36,146 nucleotides of DNA. Origin: Candidatus Omnitrophota bacterium (GTDB lineage Bacteria > Omnitrophota > Gorgyraeia > Gygaellales > Profunditerraquicolaceae). The stretch spans positions 1-36,146 of the forward strand of contig JAKQSG010000094.1 of the NCBI GenBank assembly GCA_029563245.1, written 5' to 3'. The position numbers were made by a program, and so were the translations under genes. Below the pieces are notes generated by a model that was not told the DNA's origin, made no database searches, and saw only the letters and a list, made by a program, of their open reading frames with translations. Positions 25,601-34,600 of the stretch are shown here, in pieces (the first letter of the stretch is position 1; the number at the start of each line of letters is the position of its first letter).

Positions 25601-28600
25601 CCAGAGTGCAACTTTATTATTAATAGGCTCAGCCTGGGGTTGATAAGGGACAAAGGCATTTCTGTAAACCCTATTGTATTTCTGGGGTTCTCCAGATTCA
25701 TTAAGAAAAGCGAATTTTTCAATCTGCCCGCTTCTAACAATATCAAACATCGGCTTGCCTTTTTTAAATCCGAATTCAGGTATTTCATCTGCTGGCTTGA
25801 CTAAACGTATCAAAGGAATATTCTTGTATCTTGGGTTGGGGATAAACTCAGGGTTGCCGTCTTTACCTTTAACCACCCAGTAAGGAGCGCCATTATGGCG
25901 TTTGATATATTTAAAGCTTGATTGGGCGTTGGTTGAGACCCAGTCAGTCATTACAAATGGAGTGTTACCTATATTAATAGTGATATGTTGATATCCCGGA
26001 GGAAATAAAACATGATCTCCGGGTTCAGCAAAGACTGCCATCACATCCTCTATTTCTTCGTATCCCGGTTTATCGATTGAACTGTCTTCTTCGGGATAAT
26101 TGTGCCTTACCTTAAAAAGCAGGAATATATTACGGCCGTAGTTATTTTCGTAAACCTCGGGAAGGTTAGTCTTGTGATGATGGCCTTCGGTACGGATATA
26201 TTCTTCATAGCGCACACCGTTTAAAAATGCGGGTATTGTTCCGGCAGGTAAAACAGTGACATCGGGCCTTAAGTTATGCGCTTTGATACTATCCCAAAGC
26301 TTCTGGTCATCCCAATAAGGACCCTGTTGGCCGCAGTAAAGTACCTCGTTAGGGTCGCCGTATCGGGTTAAATCTGGCTGCTTAGTAATGTTGCCTTGGC
26401 TGTCTGTATATTCATAAGCCATCATCAGGCTCTTCCACAGGGGAGCTTGGGACATGGTATTTGCTCCGAAGGTCTTATACCAAGGTTGAACCCAAATTCT
26501 TGCCTGCGGACCATAGAGCACTTCCATATCCTTAGGGTCAACAAAACAAGGCAACCCAACCTGTGCCGATAAATCAAGCGTTTTAAAGAACCTGGCTGTA
26601 TCGGCTAAAGCCTTAGCCTCGTCAAACTCATAATTAATTAAATGGCTTTTTAGCTCATGGTAAAATATCTTTTTCTGAAGGTATCCGGATAATTCAAAGA
26701 AATACGGATGGATGTAAATAGTTCTGGCAGCAATATCGCAGGCAGCGACGTTTCCTTGCGTAAAGTTGAAATCATTTGTGCTAAGTAAACGCCAGACGTA
26801 TAAGGAAGGCGGTGCGCGGCCTAAAATGACTTCCAACTCTTCCAAAAGCTTAATTATAACTTCTTCTCTGCCTCGGATTAACTCCGAGGAGAATTTTCCT
26901 CTTAAATTAAACCCTGCCACTTCCACTGCCCCTGACTGCCAGTTCTTACCAAATTTATTAACAGATGCTTCCTGCACTTTAGCAGAGACAGGGAGAGGAT
27001 AAGCATTAGGATTGTTAATATTGGGCGTATCCTTTAACAGCTGCGGGAAGAAACCGCTTGAGTTATATTCCTTAAAAAGATACCTGAGCCTCAAAGATAA
27101 AATCTCGGCTATATTAGGATGAGCATTCTTTGTCTGATAGTACGCCGCTTCCAGGAAAAGAACAACCCCTCTTATCCCGAGATACTCTTCCAAAGCTAAG
27201 AATATATCTTCAAAGACGATGCCAAGGCCTTCGTTAATGGCGATGATTACCTCCGATTCCCTTATTTTCTGAATTAACCCGCCGAAAGAGGCTATCTCTA
27301 TCCTGATCATACCTCCGTCTGGCTTAATCTTGAAATCTTTTAGAGTTACGAAACGGGGGTACAGCCTTCTCTCAAAAAGGCTATCAAAAGCTATAATACA
27401 CTGCATAAGATTTATTTCGTCGTCCTTAATATCCAACAGCTCGGATAAGAACCTCTTATCCTCATCGCTTAAAGACTGAAAGCCTATCTTAGAAAGCTCC
27501 CTCTCCATGGACAAACGATGGCTTACGTAAAGGTGGCTGTCCAACCCAAACCTCTCTGCGATTACCCTGTAAACATCCTGAGCAGGAGTATAATATCTGA
27601 TCAAAGATTTGGCGATCTCTCTCTTTAGGCGCATCATATCTTCCCCGGACAAATCCTTCCCCAGATACCTGCCCGTAGACAATACCAGCTGCAGGGAAGG
27701 AGTAGAGAACATTTCCCTTATCTTCAATCCCACATAATCCCCTTCAGATATAGAGATATACGATGCCCCCCTCAAGACAATAGGGTCGTAAGAATGGCTC
27801 AACAGCCGATACTCCTGCATCGCTCTCTTGAATCCGATTCTTGCCAAGACTAATTCAGCATTCTTTATCTGGATACCCGAATCAATTAAATACCTTGCCA
27901 CCAGTTTTCTGGATTCCCCCCTGACTTTCTCCCCTCCGGCAAAACAAACCTCAAGCCCTGATATTCTTCTCCCGGAAAGATCCCTAAAATCCTCCTCTAA
28001 TTCCTCATAATCAGTCTCTGCCCTCAAATCCTTGACATTTTTAGTGATGTCAAAAGAAAAATCTTCCCTTATCCTGAAAATGTCCTTAACAGAATTATCA
28101 ATATATTTCCTGAGTTCCTCCTCCCAGCCATATTTGTTTTTATTGCAAGCTTTGGCCCAGTCACAGACCCTCTCCCTGGCCTTCTGTAATTCACATATAA
28201 ATAAATCAGCCTGCTCTGGTATGAAATCATGCCACTTAAAAACCTGGCCCAAGTCCAATGCGCCTACACGTCCCACCGAAGGATCGTAGCCGTAATTCTC
28301 AGGCTTAATATCGAAATTTATTATTCCTCTTAATATCTTGGCCCTGATACTTAATAACCAACAGTCTATAAGTAATTTGGCTTTGTCTAAATCACCCTCC
28401 TCTATAGCCTCGGCTAGAATGCCGTGGCATCTTCTTGCCTTAAGATCAAAATCCCACAATCCTTCCTCGAATAACACTGAAACAAATTTCTGCACTACTG
28501 CCCTTTTTACCGTTTCATGGCTTACCCTTCCTTCCTCATCAACCACATTTATTTCCAGGTCATCGAAAGTAAGGTATCTTATAGCTAAATGCCCGTGGTA

Positions 28601-31600
28601 TTTCTGGGCCAGCTGATAACTTTCCATGGCATTAACCGTTATCCCGGGAAGACGAAACGCTATCTTCGCGGGAGCTTTTAAATCTTTAACAATAATCGTG
28701 TTGTCTCTATTTAGATAAATGTGGTTTGTATCCGCTCCCGCGGTTCGGCTGCTGAATACTTCCTCTTTCAGGCAATTCCTGAAGGCCATACCGATCATTT
28801 CTATGATTTTATCTACGTCTATGCCCGCCTCACGGAAATCATCCGCAAACTGATGCAGACTGAAATGTCTGTACATCTCTACCAAACAACCTGCTAACCT
28901 GTTGTAACCATCCAAGTAAGAAAAGCCGAGGCTATAACCTCTTTTATAAAATACCTGCCGAAAATACCTTGTTTCTCCCGCATGCAGAGCATAAAGATTA
29001 ACTATCTCCCGCCCGCTGTTAAAATCGTATCCCGTAATCACTACCTTATCCGGCATAACGCCGCTAAAGTAAACCTTTAGATGAGGGAGAAACTCATAAA
29101 CCCTCCTTCTTAACTCTTCGGGAAGATGCAAGTCTTTTTCGACTAAGGATATTTGCTCAACCTCTTTGCGTACTTTATTTATAAAAACCTGAGAATCCAA
29201 GAATTTTCTTAGTTTGTCAAAACCTTTTTCTTTTATGTAGGCATTCATTTCCAAAAGCGCGGATTCAGTAAAATTTATACCCTCCCCAAGCGCTACAACC
29301 GAAGGAGGGGCATCCGCAGGCGGACCGGATGAAAATACTTTGATCCCCTGGATACCTGTAACCGCCAGGTCATTCCCTTCCTGCCCAAACTCATCCCCGA
29401 AATAAATTATATTCTGCGGCTGTATACCGTATTTTGCGTATATATATTTCAGAGCCTCAGCCTTATTGATCCCTGCCGGGGTTACGGCCAGGGTAGTTTT
29501 TCCTTCTAGAACAACCTCAATCCCGAATATGCCCTTAGACTCAAAGAGATCCCTTATATGTTGAGCCAAAGCCTGCCTGATCTTCAATGAAAGCTCCGTA
29601 TCCTCCTTTAATTCCTCTATCCTCACAACAACGCGGGTAATTCTATCCTCAAACAGAAACTTCTCAGAAGGTATTGATTCTTCCAAAGAAACCATAGCTA
29701 TACACTCTCTGATAATAGAAAATACCTTAGCCTTATCCAAAGGAAGCCCTTTCCGATAAACAAGGTCCTCCCGTCTCACCCCGTTCTCAAAATAAAACAC
29801 CTGGGTACTGGAATTTGCAGCAATAATGAAATTATCGCTATGGTCCTTAAAGGGCTCTACTATCCTGGCGATATTGGCCTCATCAAGCATATTGCCGGTA
29901 TTGATACCCACCAGCATCCCCTTATCCAGCAATCCCCGGACTTGATTAATCATGGAGTCCTCTAACGGTTTTCTGCGAAGGGCGAGCGTCCCGTCGATAT
30001 CAAACATTGCAATATTTCGGGGTCGTGCCTTAATCGGGCCAACCTTTACTGAATCACCCACGAGCTGAAATGTCCTCTTCTTAATCTCATCGATTGCTTC
30101 CAGAGCAAAGTTGGTAACCTTCTGCTCTTCAAGCGATCTTATAGCCAAAAGGTCCTCGTCTTTTCTGCCCTCAAACTCCGCAGCCTTAACCTCCGCCTGA
30201 GTATAGAAACGCATCTTAGGTTCTGTTCCCGAAGGCCTGATAATAAGCCATGAACCATCTTCAAATATAAATTTATAACCCGGCTCATTAAACTTAGGCT
30301 CTGTAATATCTACGCCGCGATGCGCCTCTTTTATAACTTTCCCTGCTATTGTAGCCTTGCTTGCGGACCTGGCTTGACGGTAAATTTCTTCGACTTTCTT
30401 TATCACCTTATCGCGGTCAACCTTCGCCGTAGGCCCGGCAAGGCTATACTGTTCATTCGCGCCCACAAAACATCCGAAAGTCCTCCATAATTTTATATAT
30501 GCATCCCATATAGAAAATCCCTTTGAACGCACATATTCAAATAGCTCCAGCATTACAACCGCAGCCAAAAGGCCGTCTTTCTCCAGAGTGTGCCCTCCTA
30601 AAGAAACTCCGTTTGACTCCTCAAAACCACCGAGTATCCTTGCGCGGGCAAAAGAAAATATCTCTTCTATTGCCTGCTTCATCGATGGTATATGCATATC
30701 CCCTATAATATTGCCCAGGCCTTCTTTGTAACGGTCTCCGTAAGATTCGAAATCAAAGGCATAACTATTAAACCAATCCCTCATAATAATCTCATCTAAG
30801 GATTCTTCCGCTATCTTGCCAAAGCCTACCGGAGGCCTTCTTACATGAAAACCGTAGGCACGCGCTATCCTCTCAATCAAGTCAGTAGTAACCCAGGTAG
30901 CCATTACAAACCCGTCCCTCATTAACCCCTGGTATGCCTTGCCAAGCTTTCCTTCAGAAGCCAAATCGTGCATAAATTCAATGCGGGACCATAATAAAAA
31001 TGCCCATAAATCGTTTGCCTTCATTACCTGCCAATTGCCCTGGTTATCCTTAAAAGCTATGCCGCATCTGTCTGCGTCAGGATCAGTAGCCAATACTATA
31101 TCAAAACCTTTTTCAGTAGCATATTCAATTGCCGGGCCTAATACACGTTTGTCTGCCGGATCCGGAGAAAGCGGCCTGCCATTACCATCTACAAGCCTGT
31201 GATCAGGAAAATTACCGTTAAACCCTTCGTGCTCGGAAAATACGGAATATTCATATCCCAAGTCCTTTAGAATCCCAGGCAAGACTGCCTGCCCCGTACC
31301 AAAAACAGGGTCATAAAGAACCTTTAACGTGGTGGGCTTCCCCGGAACTAATAGGTGTGACCTAATCTTAGAGGAGAAATACTTATCAAAATCTTCATCC
31401 GGCCCTAACATCATAACCGGCTTATTGTCCTGGCCTAAAGGCAGTGTATTGATATCATCAACGCTATCCATAGAAACCAGAGCTATCTCTCTTATAATAG
31501 CTAACCTCTGAACCCCAAATAACTGCGCACCAATCTCATTGCCGATCTTAAAACCGGTATCGCTCTTAGGATTATGGGAAGCGGTAATATAAATATAGCA

Positions 31601-34600
31601 ATACGCTGCCTTATGAAGCACGGCCAGCGCGATCTCCGATATAGGCCGGGGTTCATTAAACCAATAAACCCTTATTCCCTTCTTAAGTAAAATATCCTTA
31701 GATATCTGCGCTATCTCCCTTGACCCCTTACGCACGTCAAAACCAACCACAACCCCCCTCTCCTGCAAGCCGTTTTTAACTATATAGTTTGCCACAGCCA
31801 AAGTATAACGGCCGGCTACATCCTGATTAATCCTGTTGGGACCGGGCAAATAAGGAATTAGTTCCCCATCCAGGTCATTTTCCAATCCGCGCTTACCGCG
31901 TATACCGGCAGTCCCAAACTCGACCTCTTCTCGATAACTCTCCATAAGCAGATCCCAACGCTTATTTTCTATCTCTCTAACCAACTCATTCTTTAAATAA
32001 GGATTATACCCTCTATCGCCCAGGTTATCGCTTACGCTTAAAATAGCAAAACCTACTTCACGCAAAGTAATCTTGCCTTCGCGGTGCATCTGAGATAAAT
32101 ACCTATAAAATTCGCGCAGCTGTTGGGGTATCTGCCTTTCTCCGCGCAGCACAAGAAAAACCTCACCTACAAAACTACCTTTACCCTTGCCGGTAAAAAT
32201 ACCGGTGGCGCTCTCCTCATTATCCTTGGGTACATAATAAAAATCCGGTGCCTTTTTATTTTCATTAATATCGTAAAGATTGGCTAGATTAATAAAATAA
32301 GAGGCATCCCTGAAAACCTTTTTCTCCTTAAATCCTTTTTCTAAGAAATCGAGGACGTCGAGACGGAATTGCCTACCTATTAATATATAGACTTCCAATT
32401 CTGCCAAGCCTGCGTCAAGTTCTTCATCGAAATCAGCCAGGTCGCTTAATATTCTAGGGGTATGCTTATTTTCGTGAGCAAGTATAGCAAATAGTATCGC
32501 TGCCTTTGCCCGGAAGAAATGATTAAGCTTTAACCGCGAAGCGGCAGGCTTGAACGACTCTTCTATCACCTCTTCAAATATAGAATCTAAATAAATAGTA
32601 TTGTTTAATATACAAGCGAATCTTCCGAAATTACGAGAGATAGCAATATTAATACCCCTTCCTGCAAGTTCATCTAAAGAAATAGATAATATGCGCCTTA
32701 AGAGACCTGTATAGCAGGCGCCTGGCCCCAGATATATCCTGCCTTTATCCTTTCCTATCAAATCAATTAACTGGTCTTTTATATCTAAAAGCCTATAAAC
32801 CTTACCGGTTACATTAGCCTGCGCAAATATATCAGCCTCATTCTGAGCAAGATGATTATGGTAGCCGATAAAAACACTCTTCCCCGCAGCCCCATGATTA
32901 GTTATTATCTTCTTTACTGCGTAGCTAACCAACGAAGCAATAGAAACCTTAAACTCCTCAGGAAACTCCGAGGGCAAAGCAACCGATTTTGTCACGAATA
33001 AGCTCTGCGGAGGCATTAATCGCTTTTTATCATTTATATATTTTGGATCAATGCCATAACCCTTATCTAAGAATTTTACGGCATCAGCCGCTTTTATCCC
33101 GGTCTCAAAAGGCTTTAACCCTCTTGCTAATTTCGCATGGATTACTCCGGAAAATACCCTCCCCCAAGATAAACCCAGCTCCTTAACCAATACATAAGCC
33201 GCAGCCAGTAATGTGCCCCCGGAAGAAGTTTCATCGTCAATAACAAAGGCCCAACAATCACGAAGGTCTACCCCGCCTACTGATAATATTTTCTGCTTGT
33301 CTTCACCTAAGATATAAGGCGGTATGCGTACTTCCCTTGGACTTATCCTGACCTTATCCATATACCCAGAATATACCTTGATTCCCGAAGCCGGATAATT
33401 ATCCTTGATATATTTCTCTAAAAGCTGTGCGGCCTCCCGGACATAATTGGAAGCTCCGTCATCGGGTGATAATATCAAGATAGGGTGGCGGATAAACTCT
33501 TCAAGCTCTCCCTTAAGCCCTAACGTGCTATGAAGCCAATCGAACATCTTCTCGGCCACCTGCACAAATGCATTCAGGTTATAAAGGCCGATGCCTGAAA
33601 AATCGATTCTACCGCTACCATTACCGTAATGCACATTTAAAACAAAATGATTATCCGTCAAGGCATTGATCACTTTAAGCATAGTAAAAGCACTTACGCC
33701 CTCTCCGTCCTTAAACACCTTATCCTGCCTGGAATACCCCGCATAAGTATTAATCAACGAAATGCTGGCAACCCCTTCACGGCGTAAAGCTGCAAGCATA
33801 AGCCATAATTCCGCAATATCGAGATTATTCTCAGTACTATGCAACAATACTATATTCTTACCCTTTACCCCTTCGGGAATATTTATAGTCCAGGCAAAAG
33901 GATTATTGAATTCCTTGCGGATACCGACCCTTTTCGGGGTAGCATTAATGACCTCGGCAGCTCTGATTGCATCATACTCCAGACGGCTATGCTGGTATAA
34001 AATCATATCTACTTGCACAGAATCGCTTTTTCCACTTACCTTCGCCTCAGAGCCCGAATAAGGGCTTGAGGCAGATCTCTTGTCAGAATAAACCACAGTA
34101 TCATAGAAGATAGCAAGTATATCCTCCAGGATATCTACTCCACGAGGACTATCTAAAGAAAGATTGATTTTATCTGCACCGTATCTTCTTAAAGAATCCA
34201 TCAACAAAACTACCTCCACAAGATCATCCGCTGATTCAATTTTATAGGAGACATCTACCTGCTTGCCCTTTAGCGCTAGGGGATTAAGAATTCTTAAATA
34301 TATTTCGCCGTCAGGAAATTTAGATGTTGCCACTCTAATCTGGACATCCTCAGCCTTGACGTTTAATTTAGAAGGAAGGTCTACAGAAATCCATCCGCAG
34401 CTGTCTCCCCAGGGAGAACGGAAAGAACCTTTACCATCCAAGACAAATAAAACAGCATAATCCATCTTTTGAACATCCGCTTGGGGGAACAAATCCTTCA
34501 GGCTCTCTTGCATATCATAAAGGCGCATGATCCCGTCTTCTCCGGAACTATCATAGCTACGGTTCCAGATAGACGGAGAGAAATAAATCTTCCCTCCTTC

